NCBI GenBank assembly: GCA_965222315.1
Contig: OZ244951.1
Span: 3,491,198-3,555,197 of the forward strand
Direction of reading: 5' to 3'
DNA: 64,000 nt
DNA from: Alphaproteobacteria bacterium
Lineage (GTDB): Bacteria; Pseudomonadota; Alphaproteobacteria; Bin95
Shown in pieces: positions 40,793 to 51,602 of the stretch. The position numbers and the translations under genes were made by a program. Under the pieces are notes generated by a model. That model saw only the letters and a program-made list of their open reading frames with translations, made no database searches and was not told where the DNA came from. Each line of letters opens with the position of its first letter. Position 1 is the stretch's first letter.

Positions 40793-41815
40793 ATGGCGCG
40801 TCCCAATCCCATCACCCCCACGCTGCTGATCACCTTTCTGGCGGCGGTCGCTTTCGGTATCTATTTGCCTTGGGTAGATATTACTATCCCTTTATTGGGT
40901 TGGCATATCGAGATATCAGACTTCACCACTTATCAGTTCACGCTTGCGCTCGCCTATGCTGTAGCCATGCTCGGACTGAACCTGCTTACCGGCTATAATG
41001 GTCAGTTTTCGGTGGGCCACAGCGCCTTCTTCGCGGTAGGCGCCTATACCGCCGCGATCATGATCGAGCATTTTGGCCTCAGCCCCTACACGGCGATTGT
41101 CGTTGCGGCGGCGGCATCATTCCTGGTCGGGTTTCTGTTCGGCTTCCCTGCCCTGCGGCTCGAAGGCCTGTATCTGGCGCTGGCAACCTTTGCGTTTGCG
41201 GTGGCGACCCCGCAATTGCTGAAATTCGACGCTTTTGAAGAATGGACCGGTGGCGTTCAGGGTATTTACGTACCCAAGCCGGAGCCGATGATTGCCAGTT
41301 GGAGCGAGGACCAGTCGCTTTACTACTTCGCATTGGCGATCACCGTGTTTTTGATGGTGATTACGTGGTGCCTGCTTCACAGCCGCAGCGGCCGGGCCAT
41401 GATGGCGATCCGCGACAACCCCATTGCCGCCCGCACAATGGGCATCAACCTGCCGCTGGTTAAGACCACCACGTTTGGGCTGAGCGCCATGTATGCCGGT
41501 ATTGGCGGCGCGCTCTTCACTTATGCGAGTTCGTTTGTGTCGCCGGACGCGTTCAACTTCTTCATCGCAGTCTACATTTTAGTGGGGTCCGTTGTGGGTG
41601 GAATTGTGTCTATCCCCGGCGCGATCTTTGGCGGCCTGTTCATCGTTATCATGCCGAACGTCGCTCAGGATTTACGGCTGGCTTATGATTGGCTCCCGCC
41701 GCCTTGGGCTATCTTCGGCGTGTTCTTAATCCTGATGGTTTATTTTGCTCCGTTCGGTGCATGGGGCGGAGTCGAACGCCTTGTTGCATGGACGAAACAC
41801 AAGAGGGCAGGCTAG
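40793..41815 (+). CDS. livM: Branched-chain amino acid ABC transporter permease (LivM-like)
   Basis: 340-aa polytopic permease of the LivM family. Confidence 0.85.
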   Translation: MARPNPITPTLLITFLAAVAFGIYLPWVDITIPLLGWHIEISDFTTYQFTLALAYAVAMLGLNLLTGYNGQFSVGHSAFFAVGAYTAAIMIEHFGLSPYTAIVVAAAASFLVGFLFGFPALRLEGLYLALATFAFAVATPQLLKFDAFEEWTGGVQGIYVPKPEPMIASWSEDQSLYYFALAITVFLMVITWCLLHSRSGRAMMAIRDNPIAARTMGINLPLVKTTTFGLSAMYAGIGGALFTYASSFVSPDAFNFFIAVYILVGSVVGGIVSIPGAIFGGLFIVIMPNVAQDLRLAYDWLPPPWAIFGVFLILMVYFAPFGAWGGVERLVAWTKHKRAG

Positions 41816-41897
41816 TATGCTCCGGGATCAAAGTTGACCAGCGCAATCTGAGTCAATCACAAATTCTAATGTTAACATCAACTAAGGGAGACCCTTG

Positions 41898-43118
41898 ATG
41901 CGCATCCGTACTCTATTGGCGACGACTGCAGCAGCGGTAATGTTCGCTGCGCCGGGCTTGGCCCAGACGGTCGGCGTTACCGACGATATGATCAAGATCG
42001 GCAACACCAGCCCATATTCCGGCCCAGCCTCGTCCTACGGCGTGATCGGCACCACGATCGGTGCCTATTTCGACATGATTAACGAGCAGGGCGGCATCAC
42101 CAGCAAGGATGGCAAGACCCGCAAAATCGAGTACCTCACGCTGGACGATGGTTACAGCCCGCCGCGCACCGTCGAGCAGGCGCGCAAAATGGTCGAGCAG
42201 GAGAAGGTGGCCTTCACCCTCGGTACGCTCGGCACGCCGACCAACTCGGCCATTCACCGCTACATGAACGCGAAAAAGGTGCCGCACCTGTTCTTGGCGA
42301 CTGGCGCGTCCAAGTGGGGTCAGCCGAAGAAGTACCCATGGACCATGGGTTTCCAGCCGACCTATGACGTCGAAGGCGAGATCTACGCCAACTACGTTCT
42401 GGACAACGTCGAGAACCCGAAGATCGCAATCCTCTACCAGAATGACGACTATGGTAAGGATTACCGCGATGGCTTCCTGCGCGGCCTCGGCGACAAGGCG
42501 GATGATCTGGTCGTGAAGATGGTGCCGTACGAGGTGACCGACCCGACCGTCGATCCCCAGATTCTGGAGCTCGCAGCGACCGGCGCCAATGTGTTCTTCA
42601 ACATCACCATTCCGAAGTTCGCGGCACAGGCCATCAAGAAGGCCTGTGAGATCAACTGGAACCCGCTGCACCTGCTGAACAACGTGTCGTCCTCCGTGGG
42701 TTCGACGCTGAAGCCGGCCGGCCTGGAATGTTCGAAGAGCCAAGGCCTGATCACCGCCCAGTGGCAAAGGGATCCGACCGATTCGCAGTGGTTTGACACT
42801 GACGGCTACAAGGAATGGTCGGCGTTCATGGACGCGCGCATTCCCGACGGTGACAAGGGTGACGTGAACTACGCCGTCGGCCACTCGCTGGCGAAAGTGG
42901 CTCACTATGTGCTCGAGAACTGTGCCGATCTCTCCCGTCCGGGCATCATGGCCTGTGCGGCGAACGTGAAGGACCTGCAGCTACCGATGGTGCTGCCGGG
43001 CATCCTGGTGAACACCAGCCCAACCGACTTCTACCCGATTCAGGCGGAACAACTGTCCAAGTTCGACGGCGAGCGCTGGGTGCTGTTCGGCGACATCATC
43101 GACGCCAGCAGCAATTAA
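41898..43118 (+). CDS. livK: Branched-chain amino acid ABC transporter substrate-binding protein (LivK/LivJ-like)
   Basis: ATG at 41898 after AAGGGAG. Signal peptide MRIRTLLATTAAAVMFAAPGLAQ. Periplasmic binding protein type I fold. Confidence 0.85.
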   Translation: MRIRTLLATTAAAVMFAAPGLAQTVGVTDDMIKIGNTSPYSGPASSYGVIGTTIGAYFDMINEQGGITSKDGKTRKIEYLTLDDGYSPPRTVEQARKMVEQEKVAFTLGTLGTPTNSAIHRYMNAKKVPHLFLATGASKWGQPKKYPWTMGFQPTYDVEGEIYANYVLDNVENPKIAILYQNDDYGKDYRDGFLRGLGDKADDLVVKMVPYEVTDPTVDPQILELAATGANVFFNITIPKFAAQAIKKACEINWNPLHLLNNVSSSVGSTLKPAGLECSKSQGLITAQWQRDPTDSQWFDTDGYKEWSAFMDARIPDGDKGDVNYAVGHSLAKVAHYVLENCADLSRPGIMACAANVKDLQLPMVLPGILVNTSPTDFYPIQAEQLSKFDGERWVLFGDIIDASSN

Positions 43119-43145
43119 GCCAAGCTGCTTCTATTGTTAAGGCGG

Positions 43146-43182
43146 CGGCCGCTCTGGGAAACCGGAGCGGCCGTTTCCGTTT
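43146..43182. terminator. Bidirectional intrinsic terminator between convergent livK and recN
   Basis: 9-bp perfect stem CGGCCGCTC/GAGCGGCCG with a 10-nt loop, followed by TTTCCGTTT. Confidence 0.5.
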
Positions 43183-43209
43183 GGCGCTAATGCCGGACAG
43201 ATTGGAGAC

Positions 43210-44892
43210 TCAGACCGTCACCCCAGGCAGAAGCAACTGCCCGGCCGCGGCCCGCGCCTCATCCGTGACCATCTCTCCGGCGAGCATGCGCGCAATCTCC
43301 TCGCGGCGCTCGGTATTGTCCAGGGCGATGACTTCTGTCCGCGCCCGGCCTGCATGTTCGTGCTTGCTGACATGCAGATGGGATACGCCCCGCGCCGCCA
43401 CCTGGGGAGAATGAGTTACCACCAGTACCTGAACGTCCTGGCCTAATTGCGCGAGACGCTCCCCCACCGCTGCCGCGGTTGCCCCGCCAATGCCGGAATC
43501 GACCTCGTCAAAGACGAGCGTGCCGACCGGATCCGCCGCCGCCAGCACCACCTTCAACGCCAGCAGGAAGCGCGCACGCTCGCCGCCGCTGGCAATCCGT
43601 TCTATGGGCCCGAAGGGCATGCCAGGGTTCGTGCGCACCGAGAACCGCACCCTGTCTGCCCCATGCATCGCCCATTGCTCTTCCGGCAAGGGGTCTATGT
43701 CCGTGCAGAAGGCCGCCTTCTCCAGGCGTAAAGGCGCAAGCTCTTCCGCAACGGCGGAGTCTAGCGCTGCCGCAGCTTTCCGGCGCGCCGCGGAAAGCTT
43801 CTCCGCGGCGGCGATGTAGGCCACCCGTGCCGTCTCGACCGCTTGCTCCATTTCGGCCAGCAACTCATCCGCCCGCTCCAGGCTAGCGAGGTTCTCAGCC
43901 AGTTTTGTGCGCACGGCGGGCAGTTGATCGGGCTCGCACCGGTGCTTGCGCGCTAGGTCCCGCAAGGCAAACAGGCGTGTCTCCACCGCGTCCAGGCGGC
44001 TGCCGTCCAGATCGACATCACGGGCCAGCTCGTCGAGTGCGGTGATTGCCTCGGCAAACTCGATTTCCGTACGCTCCAGCGCCATTAAAACGGGCTGAAA
44101 CCGGTCACCCACTTTGTCGGCTGACCGCTCCAGCGCCCGGGAAGCGCTCCGCAGGGAACTGGCCACATCATTCTTGCCGTTTAGCGCGCTCTGGGCCGCC
44201 TTGACCGATTCCAGGATACGCTCCTGCGCCTGTAAGAAGGCCCGTTCCTCTGCGAGCTTGCGGGCTTCCTCTTCCACCGGCGCCGCGGCGTCTAGTTCCG
44301 CCAGCGTATGCCGCAACCAATCAGCGTCGCCCAAGCTGGAGGAAAGCGTTTCCCGATGGTCCTTCAGGGCGCGGATATGCTCCTGCCAGCCGCGCCAGGC
44401 GGCCGCTGTCCGGTCCCGCATAGCCGATAGCCCCGCGAACGCGTCGAGCAGGTCGCGGTGGCCGGATGGGTCCGTCAGGCCGCCGCTGTCGAACTGGCCC
44501 TGCACCTCCACCAACCGGGCCCCGATCTGCCGGAGCAGGGTCGCTGAAACCGCCTGATCATTGACGAACGCGCGGCTGCGGCCCTCCACAGATACGACGC
44601 GCCGGAGAATGAGCTGATCCTCGCCGGGCTCCAGCGCCAATTCGGCTGTTTCGAGGACATCCTTAACCGCCTGCAAGGCTGGGGTGCCGAACACGCCGGT
44701 GACAACCGCCCGGTCGGCGCCTGCCTGAACCAGACCGGGGTCGGCGCGCGCACCGAGCACCAAGCCAAGGGAATCCAGCAGGATGGATTTTCCGGCACCG
44801 GTCTCCCCGGTCAGCACAACCAGACCGTCCGAAAAGCGCACAGACAGGTCGTCAATCAGCGCAACACGCTTGATGACCAGCTGATGCAGCAT
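43210..44892 (-). CDS. recN: DNA repair protein RecN
   Basis: N-terminal Walker A GETGAGKSILLDSL, long coiled-coil middle, C-terminal signature/Walker B region. 560 aa. Confidence 0.9.
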   Translation of the reverse strand: MLHQLVIKRVALIDDLSVRFSDGLVVLTGETGAGKSILLDSLGLVLGARADPGLVQAGADRAVVTGVFGTPALQAVKDVLETAELALEPGEDQLILRRVVSVEGRSRAFVNDQAVSATLLRQIGARLVEVQGQFDSGGLTDPSGHRDLLDAFAGLSAMRDRTAAAWRGWQEHIRALKDHRETLSSSLGDADWLRHTLAELDAAAPVEEEARKLAEERAFLQAQERILESVKAAQSALNGKNDVASSLRSASRALERSADKVGDRFQPVLMALERTEIEFAEAITALDELARDVDLDGSRLDAVETRLFALRDLARKHRCEPDQLPAVRTKLAENLASLERADELLAEMEQAVETARVAYIAAAEKLSAARRKAAAALDSAVAEELAPLRLEKAAFCTDIDPLPEEQWAMHGADRVRFSVRTNPGMPFGPIERIASGGERARFLLALKVVLAAADPVGTLVFDEVDSGIGGATAAAVGERLAQLGQDVQVLVVTHSPQVAARGVSHLHVSKHEHAGRARTEVIALDNTERREEIARMLAGEMVTDEARAAAGQLLLPGVTV

Positions 44893-44904
44893 GATGGTAC
44901 CGTC

Positions 44905-46428
44905 CTAAATCGAAGAACCCAATGTGCGGTCGAGCCAGCTTTGTCCGCTCGTCCGCCAGAAATTCAACGCCTCTTCTGCGTCCGCCGCATTGGTGGCAGC
45001 CTGCTCCCGCTCGGTCTCCGTCAGGCCGTATTGCGCGACGGTGCGCCAATAGGCAAGGCCAGCCTCCGCCACACGGGTTTCCGCTTCGCTCCGCGCGGCA
45101 GCGTCGGTATTCTCGCCGTCCAGTTCGCGCGCTGCGATGACAAGAAGGTCTTCGCGGGCCGCCCAGTATTCACTGGCCGCTTCAGCCTTCCTCGCCTCGG
45201 CTTCGCCCCTGGCTTTTGCCGACAGGTTCGTGCCCTGGCCGGCGGCATATTGCTGCCAGCCGTCCACGGCTCTTTCAGCGGAGACGCGGCGGGTGCGGGC
45301 CTCGCTGAGCAATGCGTCGATTTCCCGTTTGGTTCCCTCATCGGTGCGGACCGTGCCCGGCGGCGGCAATTCTGCCACCGTCGATGCCAATTGCCCGCTA
45401 AGATCGGCTTCGGCCGCATCTCGGTCACGCGGAACCGCGGCGCGGCTGGTCTCGCCCGCCAGCGTTGAGGACAGGGTTTCCGCTTCGATGCCCGCGCCGA
45501 CGATTTCCGCGTCCGGATCGACGGCGCCAATCTTGTAGTTCGGTGAGAACAGGTAGTCGATGCTATCGCCGACCCAGCCTTGCTGGTCTACATCAACACT
45601 TACCTGCACGCGCTCGCCGGTCAGCAGTTCGTAGGAATCTGCGTACCATTCGGAACTGGGGAAGTTATGCCCGAGGACGGCCGCATACCTAGTTGCCTCA
45701 TCTTTCATGCCAAGCACCAGATGGCACTCTACCAGGCGGTGCAAGGCTTCGGGGGCGTGCGACGTGGTCTGATAGTTAACCAGGACATAGGTGAACCGGT
45801 TCATTGCCGCGACGAGGCTACCCTCACGCTGGTAATAGCGGCCGATTTGCATCTCCTTGCCGGCAAGGTGATCGAACGCCAGGTCGCGCTTCAACTTCGC
45901 GTCGCGGGCATACTCACTGTTCGGGTAGCGGGTAACAACGTCATCTAATGATGAAAGCGCCTGACGCGTAATCGCCTGGTCACGGGTCACGTCTACGATC
46001 TGCTCGTAGTAGGTGATAGCCTTCAGGTAGTGTGCGTATGGCGCCGATTCGTGGCTCGGATGCAACTGGATGAACCGGTCGAGCGCGTTGATCGCGTCAT
46101 CGTATTCGTCTGCCTGGAAATGGGCATAGGCGCTCATAATCTGCGCCCGCGGGGCCCACACCGAAAACGGATGCTGACGCTCAACCTCGTCGAACGACAG
46201 AGTGGCAGCGAAATAATCCCCGGCGGAGAGTTGATCCATTCCAGCATTGTAGAGTTCTTCGACCGGCCGATCGTCCAGAACCTGCACGGGACCAGACCCG
46301 CCACAGGCCGCCAGTGCGAAGACAAGCGCCCCCGCCAACGCCATGCTTAACCGCCTAAACAACACTACGGTTCCGGCGCGCCGCTGCTGCGAGTAGCCAG
46401 TTATCCGCCCAGTCATTTGCTGCAACAT
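44905..46428 (-). CDS. bamD: Outer membrane protein assembly factor BamD (lipoprotein) with a ~200-aa Ala/Glu-rich C-terminal extension; start uncertain
   Basis: Lipobox LAAC|GG. TPR-rich BamD/YfiO core (YNAGMDQLSAGDY..., RYPNSEYARDA...). Then an extra charged coiled-coil-like tail with three AEA..(Y/F)W repeats. Confidence 0.75.
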   Translation of the reverse strand: MLQQMTGRITGYSQQRRAGTVVLFRRLSMALAGALVFALAACGGSGPVQVLDDRPVEELYNAGMDQLSAGDYFAATLSFDEVERQHPFSVWAPRAQIMSAYAHFQADEYDDAINALDRFIQLHPSHESAPYAHYLKAITYYEQIVDVTRDQAITRQALSSLDDVVTRYPNSEYARDAKLKRDLAFDHLAGKEMQIGRYYQREGSLVAAMNRFTYVLVNYQTTSHAPEALHRLVECHLVLGMKDEATRYAAVLGHNFPSSEWYADSYELLTGERVQVSVDVDQQGWVGDSIDYLFSPNYKIGAVDPDAEIVGAGIEAETLSSTLAGETSRAAVPRDRDAAEADLSGQLASTVAELPPPGTVRTDEGTKREIDALLSEARTRRVSAERAVDGWQQYAAGQGTNLSAKARGEAEARKAEAASEYWAAREDLLVIAARELDGENTDAAARSEAETRVAEAGLAYWRTVAQYGLTETEREQAATNAADAEEALNFWRTSGQSWLDRTLGSSI

Positions 46429-46510
46429 CCTGCCGAGTTCAGATTGCGCACACTAGCCGGGGGCTGCCAGGCAAGCAAATCCCAAAACGGGAAGACGCCA
46501 ATTGGCGCGT

Positions 46511-47512
46511 TTAGGCTGATACCCGCAGCGCTTCACCTGGCGAGGGCTGCGCCGATTCGTGGTCTACCCACTCGTACGCACTGGAATCTTCGAACAGCGC
46601 GCGCAGCACCAGGTTGTTCAGTTTGTGCCCAGTCTGGTGTCCGACGAACCGCCCGACGATCGGACCGCCTGCCAAGTAAAGGTCGCCAACCGCGTCCAGA
46701 GCCTTGTGACGGACAAACTCGTCGTGATAGCGGAGCCCTTCCGGGTTCAAGACCGCGTCACCGTCAACGACAACCGCGTTGTCGAGCGATCCGCCGAGCG
46801 CTAGCCCTTTCTGGCGCATATACTCGACCTCATGGGCAAAGCCAAAGGTGCGTGCGCGCGACATCTCGCTCTTGAAGCGAATGCCGGAAAGCGCCATCCG
46901 CAGGCGCTGGCGGCCGATAACCGGATTATCGAACAAAATCTCAACGTCCATGTCCGTGTAGGAACATGGCTCCAGCGCCGCGAACTTTTCGCCGTCGCTC
47001 ACACGGACCGGCTTCCGGATACGCAGCATCCGGCGCGGAGCCTTCAGAACGGCCAGGCCTGCGCACTCGATCAGGAACAGGAACGGCGCCGCGCTGCCAT
47101 CCATTGCCGGCAGTTCCGGCGCATTCAATTCCACAATCGCATTGTCCACGCCAGCAGCGCACAGCGCCGCCATCAGATGCTCGATGGTTCCGACATAGGC
47201 GCCATGGCTGTTGCCGATAACCGTGCAGAGTTGGGTATCGATCACATTGTCCCAGCGGGCCTCGATCCAGGCGGCGTCACCGGAAAGATCGGTCCGCAGG
47301 AAGCGGATGCCGGTTCCGGCGAGTGCAGGACTCAGCGCCAAGGACACTTGCTTGCCGGAATGCAGTCCGATGCCGGAACATTGCACCCGCTGCCGCAACG
47401 TTGTCTGGTTTCCGGGCAAAAACGGCCCAACCGTCTTGCGGGCGCTGGACGGCACGCCGCCAGCATCCGCAAAATCCAAGTCACGCGTTATCGCACTGTA
47501 CGCATCGGTCAT
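46511..47512 (-). CDS. lpxC: UDP-3-O-acyl-N-acetylglucosamine deacetylase LpxC
   Basis: TLRQRVQCSGIGLHSGKQVSL signature, 333 aa from the first ATG (47512). Upstream in-frame extension would need a TTG start. Confidence 0.85.
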   Translation of the reverse strand: MTDAYSAITRDLDFADAGGVPSSARKTVGPFLPGNQTTLRQRVQCSGIGLHSGKQVSLALSPALAGTGIRFLRTDLSGDAAWIEARWDNVIDTQLCTVIGNSHGAYVGTIEHLMAALCAAGVDNAIVELNAPELPAMDGSAAPFLFLIECAGLAVLKAPRRMLRIRKPVRVSDGEKFAALEPCSYTDMDVEILFDNPVIGRQRLRMALSGIRFKSEMSRARTFGFAHEVEYMRQKGLALGGSLDNAVVVDGDAVLNPEGLRYHDEFVRHKALDAVGDLYLAGGPIVGRFVGHQTGHKLNNLVLRALFEDSSAYEWVDHESAQPSPGEALRVSA

Positions 47513-47739
47513 GGGCACTATATCCCGCCTTCGGGGCTTGCTGCCTGATGCAAACAAATCACGCAGGCAATTTTTCTAAGTTCAGCAGCCATCCAACCTG
47601 CAAGCGGTCAAAGATCGGGCTGTCACATCGGCGGTTATTGAAATTGATGTGTTTGTCCACCGTGCTAATCTAGCATCTAGAGCCATTGGCAGGGCTCCTC
47701 AAGTAACTGATTGTTACGCTTTGTTGCGTACACACGCCC

Positions 47740-47780
47740 TAAAAACAGAAAAACGGCGGAAGCTATACTTCCGCCGTTTG
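47740..47780 (-). terminator. Rho-independent terminator downstream of ftsZ
   Basis: 11-bp stem AACGGCGGAAG/CTTCCGCCGTT with loop CTATA. On the minus strand it is followed by TTTTCTGTTTTT. Confidence 0.55.
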
Positions 47781-47802
47781 ACGTCAATCGAGACAGGCCC
47801 GA

Positions 47803-49377
47803 TTAATTCGCTTGGCGTCGAAGAAATGCTGGAATTTCAAGCACATCTTCAGACACCGCAAAGGCTGCTTGCTGCGCTTCGGCGGGCTTCTCCGTAGCTG
47901 CAGCCTTTGGCGGGGGCTGTTGTGCAGCACCGTTCTGGGGGGTGTACGCCGATGCGGCACCGTTTGCGGCTCCACGATTGTTCGCTGGCGGCGGTGCGCT
48001 TTCGATCGGCCGGACGGATGATTCGGCACTTACGATCTCGCGTGGCGCGACGGCAGCCGGCGGCGGTACGAACACATCGTCCCGTTTTGGTGTTCTTGGC
48101 TGGGCGCCGTTGGCTGCCTCCTGCTTGCCGCGGCCGCCGAAGAGCGACCACAAGGAGGAGCGTGCGGGCCGGTGCAATTCCGCGGCGGCCTGCGCGTCAG
48201 GCGACTGCTGTGCCGCGGCAGGTTCGGGAGCCGGCTGCGGTGCCGCCTGCTGTCCGGCCGACGCCATCGCTGGGTCAAGTTCCAGCGGTTCCGGCTCCTC
48301 GGCCGGAGCAGGCGCTGCTGTGGCATCCTCCGGTACCGGCGCCTCGGCGGCCGGTTCAGTCGGGGCCTGCGCCTGGACATCAGCAGAGATCGGATGGATG
48401 GCAGTGCCAGTTCCGTCGATGCCGGTGGCGACCACACTGACCCGGATCTTGCCTTCCATTGTTTCGTCGGTCGTCGCGCCAAAGATGATGTTGGCTTCCG
48501 GGTCGACTTCGTCCCGGATGCGGTTCGCAGCCTCGTCCACCTCGAACAGGGTCATGTCGGGACCGCCGGTGATATTGATCAGCACGCCGCGTGCGCCTTT
48601 CATGGAAGCATCATCCAACAGCGGGTTGGAGATCGCTGCCTCGGCCGCCTTGACGGCGCGATGTTCCTGGTCGGCCTCGCCGGTGCCCATCATGGCCTTG
48701 CCCATTTCGCGCATGACGGCGCGGATATCGGCGAAATCCAGATTGATCAGGCCCGGCTTGACCATCAGATCGGTCACGCCGCGCACACCTGAATGCAGCA
48801 CGTCGTCGGCGAGGTGAAAGGCCTCTGCGAAGGTGGTCTTGTCGCTGGCGATCCGGAACAGGTTCTGGTTCGGAATGACGATCAGCGTATCCACATAACT
48901 TGCCAATTCATCGATGCCCGATTCCGCCGTGCGCATCCGGTGCCGCCCCTCGAAGTGGAACGGCTTGGTGACGACGCCGACGGTCAAAATACCGTTTTCG
49001 CGGGCCGCCCGGGCAATCACCGGTGCTGCACCAGTGCCGGTGCCACCGCCCATGCCGGCAGTGATGAACACCATGTGGCAGCCATCCAGCGCCGCCAGAA
49101 TGTCGTCCAGGGCTTCTTCGGCGGCAGCGCGTCCGATATCGGGACGGGAGCCCGCGCCAAGGCCGTGGCTGATGTTCAAACCCAGTTGGATTTTGTGGTC
49201 GGCCTGATTGGACCGCAGCGCCTGGCTGTCCGTGTTGGCCGCCAGGAACTCAACCCCGGTCAGGTTGCTCCGAATCATATTGTTGACCGCGTTACCGCCA
49301 GCGCCGCCAACGCCAATTACTGTGATACGGGGCCTGAGTTCGTCGAATTCGTCAGGCAGTGACAAGTCTAAGGTCAT
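47803..49377 (-). CDS. ftsZ: Cell division protein FtsZ (long alphaproteobacterial form)
   Basis: ATG at 49377 after AAGGAG. Tubulin signature GGGTGTG. A ~200-aa Pro/Ala-rich linker precedes the conserved C-terminal peptide [14 protein letters not shown]. Confidence 0.95.
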   Translation of the reverse strand: MTLDLSLPDEFDELRPRITVIGVGGAGGNAVNNMIRSNLTGVEFLAANTDSQALRSNQADHKIQLGLNISHGLGAGSRPDIGRAAAEEALDDILAALDGCHMVFITAGMGGGTGTGAAPVIARAARENGILTVGVVTKPFHFEGRHRMRTAESGIDELASYVDTLIVIPNQNLFRIASDKTTFAEAFHLADDVLHSGVRGVTDLMVKPGLINLDFADIRAVMREMGKAMMGTGEADQEHRAVKAAEAAISNPLLDDASMKGARGVLINITGGPDMTLFEVDEAANRIRDEVDPEANIIFGATTDETMEGKIRVSVVATGIDGTGTAIHPISADVQAQAPTEPAAEAPVPEDATAAPAPAEEPEPLELDPAMASAGQQAAPQPAPEPAAAQQSPDAQAAAELHRPARSSLWSLFGGRGKQEAANGAQPRTPKRDDVFVPPPAAVAPREIVSAESSVRPIESAPPPANNRGAANGAASAYTPQNGAAQQPPPKAAATEKPAEAQQAAFAVSEDVLEIPAFLRRQAN

Positions 49378-49464
49378 GATGCGGTCTCCTTGTTTCGTGG
49401 GCCGGCGAAGCATGTAATGTTCGGCGCGGGCAAAGTAGGTGGGGCAGACGCCAGATATGCAGGA

Positions 49465-50736
49465 CTAACGCCCCACCTTCAGCAAAGTACCAAGCCGGTC
49501 CAGCATGCTTGGCGACTTGTTGATGTTGAAAACTGCACTACCGTGGCCTCCTGTGTATCGTCGCTGGGCGTAGAGCAACATTCCGGTAGCCGCGGCGAAC
49601 TCCGGCCTTTCAGCCATATCACCGAGACCCGCTATCCCTCCAGGCCTTCCGATTCGCGATCGTTTGTCCAGAACAAGGGTCGCGAGATCCGAGACCCCGT
49701 GCAGCAGGGCGGCCCCGCCCGTCAGCACGACCGCGCCACCAGCCAGGTGGCCGGTATCGGCTGTTGCCGTCGCCTGGCGGACCATTTCGAAAATCTCTTC
49801 CATCCGCGCGCGGATGATGCGGACCAGCAACGAACGGGGGGCTTGGACCACGTCGCCTTCCTCCACCTCGCCGATCGGTTGCAGGTCGATCAGGTCGCGG
49901 TCGTCGTCCGTGGACGGCAGGCAGGAGCCGTGCAGAGTCTTAAGGCGTTCCGCATAGGGGAGAGGCGTGCTGAGGCCGCGAGCGATATCGCTGGTAATGT
50001 GGGCGCCGCCGAGCGGCACGCTGCAGCAAAAGACCGGCTCCCCTTCCGAGAAGACAGCGACGCTGGTGCTGCCGGCACCCATGTCGATGACGGTAACGCC
50101 GAGATCGCGTTCATCCCGATGCAAAACGCTGAGGCCGGCGGCATAGCCAGAAACCACCGCGCCCTCCACTTCCAGATGTGCGCGGCCAACGGCGGTGCTA
50201 AGGGTCCGCAGCACGCCGTCCGGGACGGTGACGACCAGCGTTTCCAGATCCAACTGGCCGCCATACAGACCACGCGGATCGTTAATGCCTTTCGCGCCAT
50301 CGACGGAATAGCCCAATGGCACGAAGTGCAGGAGCGACCGGCCATCCAGCGGCGCGCGGTTGCGGGCGATGGAGAGGGCTTCCGCCACCTCCGGCGTGCC
50401 GATGGCCCGGTCGCTCAACGAGACAGAGGCCTGCACCCGCTCGGACCTGATGGCGCCACTGGCGAGGTTGGCGATGACGCCGTCAACTTTTTGCTTTGCC
50501 GCTGCTTCCGCTGCCTGCACCACCATCCCGGCGGAATGACCAGCCGCTGCAATATCGACAATCGCCGCATTGCGCAGGCCCTGGCTTGCCTGTGTCGCGC
50601 TGCCAATCACACGCATCTGACCCTGGCCGTCCTGGCGCGCAATCAGACACACGGTCTTGGCCGTGCCGATATCAAGCGCGGCGACGATACCGGGGCCGGA
50701 CTTGCGGCCGCCGAATACGCGGGATGCGTTCTTCAT
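49465..50736 (-). CDS. ftsA: Cell division protein FtsA
   Basis: Actin-fold ATPase with VAALDIGTAKT N-terminus; 423 aa. Confidence 0.9.
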   Translation of the reverse strand: MKNASRVFGGRKSGPGIVAALDIGTAKTVCLIARQDGQGQMRVIGSATQASQGLRNAAIVDIAAAGHSAGMVVQAAEAAAKQKVDGVIANLASGAIRSERVQASVSLSDRAIGTPEVAEALSIARNRAPLDGRSLLHFVPLGYSVDGAKGINDPRGLYGGQLDLETLVVTVPDGVLRTLSTAVGRAHLEVEGAVVSGYAAGLSVLHRDERDLGVTVIDMGAGSTSVAVFSEGEPVFCCSVPLGGAHITSDIARGLSTPLPYAERLKTLHGSCLPSTDDDRDLIDLQPIGEVEEGDVVQAPRSLLVRIIRARMEEIFEMVRQATATADTGHLAGGAVVLTGGAALLHGVSDLATLVLDKRSRIGRPGGIAGLGDMAERPEFAAATGMLLYAQRRYTGGHGSAVFNINKSPSMLDRLGTLLKVGR

Positions 50737-51602
50737 TGGCCACTTCTTTCCACTTGACCGCTTCGTTCCAAAGCCATGCGGGTGCGGGCGCCCGGTGGCA
50801 GGCGGTAGATCCAGTTTCCGGCATCGCGGACATCCACCGACAGCACTTTGCGGCGGAGCACCCCGTTCTTGCGGTCTTCATTGGCCAACCTGATCCAGGC
50901 TTCCTGCGCCCGGGACTGGGGCAGCTTAACCCAAACACGGTCGTCCAGCAGCAGATCCCACCGCCGCCGCTCCACATACCGCGCTGCGGTTACGCGGGGG
51001 GCCAGGTCACTCTCCGCGCTCAGCATCGCCATCAGCTTCGGCGCAGCGGCGGGAACTCCCTTCCCGGCCAGAAGCGGCAGGTCACCAAATGCAACCAAGG
51101 GGGCACCGGGCACCATCACCCCGGTCGTGTCCAGCAAGGCAACCTTGCCCTGGTGCTGCCACAGGGCCAGCGGCTCGCGTTCGACCACGCGCACGATCAC
51201 CGTATCGGGCAGCGAGCGTTCCACTGTGGCGACACGCACCCATGGCAGCGCTTCAACACGCCGCCGGGCGTTGGGCAGATCAATGGCGAGGATCGCCGTG
51301 CCCTTGGCGATGGAGACCGCCTGCCGCAATTCGGGAAACTCGGTCTTGGAAACCCCGTGCACCTGTACTGATTGCACGCGGAACCCGAGGTTCGCCACGT
51401 ACTCCGCCACGGCCGCATGGGCCTCCGCCAGACGGGCATCGATCCAGCCGTTCCGCGTCATCACGGCAACTCCGCCGAGATAGGCTGCAGCCATCGCCAG
51501 CAGCACGGATACCAGCATGGCGCGGCGCAGCCATCGGGGAAGGCTCCGCTTGCGCGCAGTGCTTTGCGGCTTCATCCGCAGCCAGCCAATTATCCGCCGC
51601 AT
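50733..51602 (-). CDS. ftsQ: Cell division protein FtsQ
   Basis: ATG at 51602 after GGAGGG. Single TM helix plus POTRA-containing periplasmic domain. 3' end overlaps the ftsA start (ATGA). Confidence 0.85.
   Translation of the reverse strand: MRRIIGWLRMKPQSTARKRSLPRWLRRAMLVSVLLAMAAAYLGGVAVMTRNGWIDARLAEAHAAVAEYVANLGFRVQSVQVHGVSKTEFPELRQAVSIAKGTAILAIDLPNARRRVEALPWVRVATVERSLPDTVIVRVVEREPLALWQHQGKVALLDTTGVMVPGAPLVAFGDLPLLAGKGVPAAAPKLMAMLSAESDLAPRVTAARYVERRRWDLLLDDRVWVKLPQSRAQEAWIRLANEDRKNGVLRRKVLSVDVRDAGNWIYRLPPGARTRMALERSGQVERSGQ

Noticed and set aside
47812-50757. Long plus-strand ORFs opposite ftsZ and ftsA (e.g. 47942-48817, 49390-50757)
   Set aside because: High-GC antisense artefacts. The minus-strand genes have strong family signatures and RBSs.
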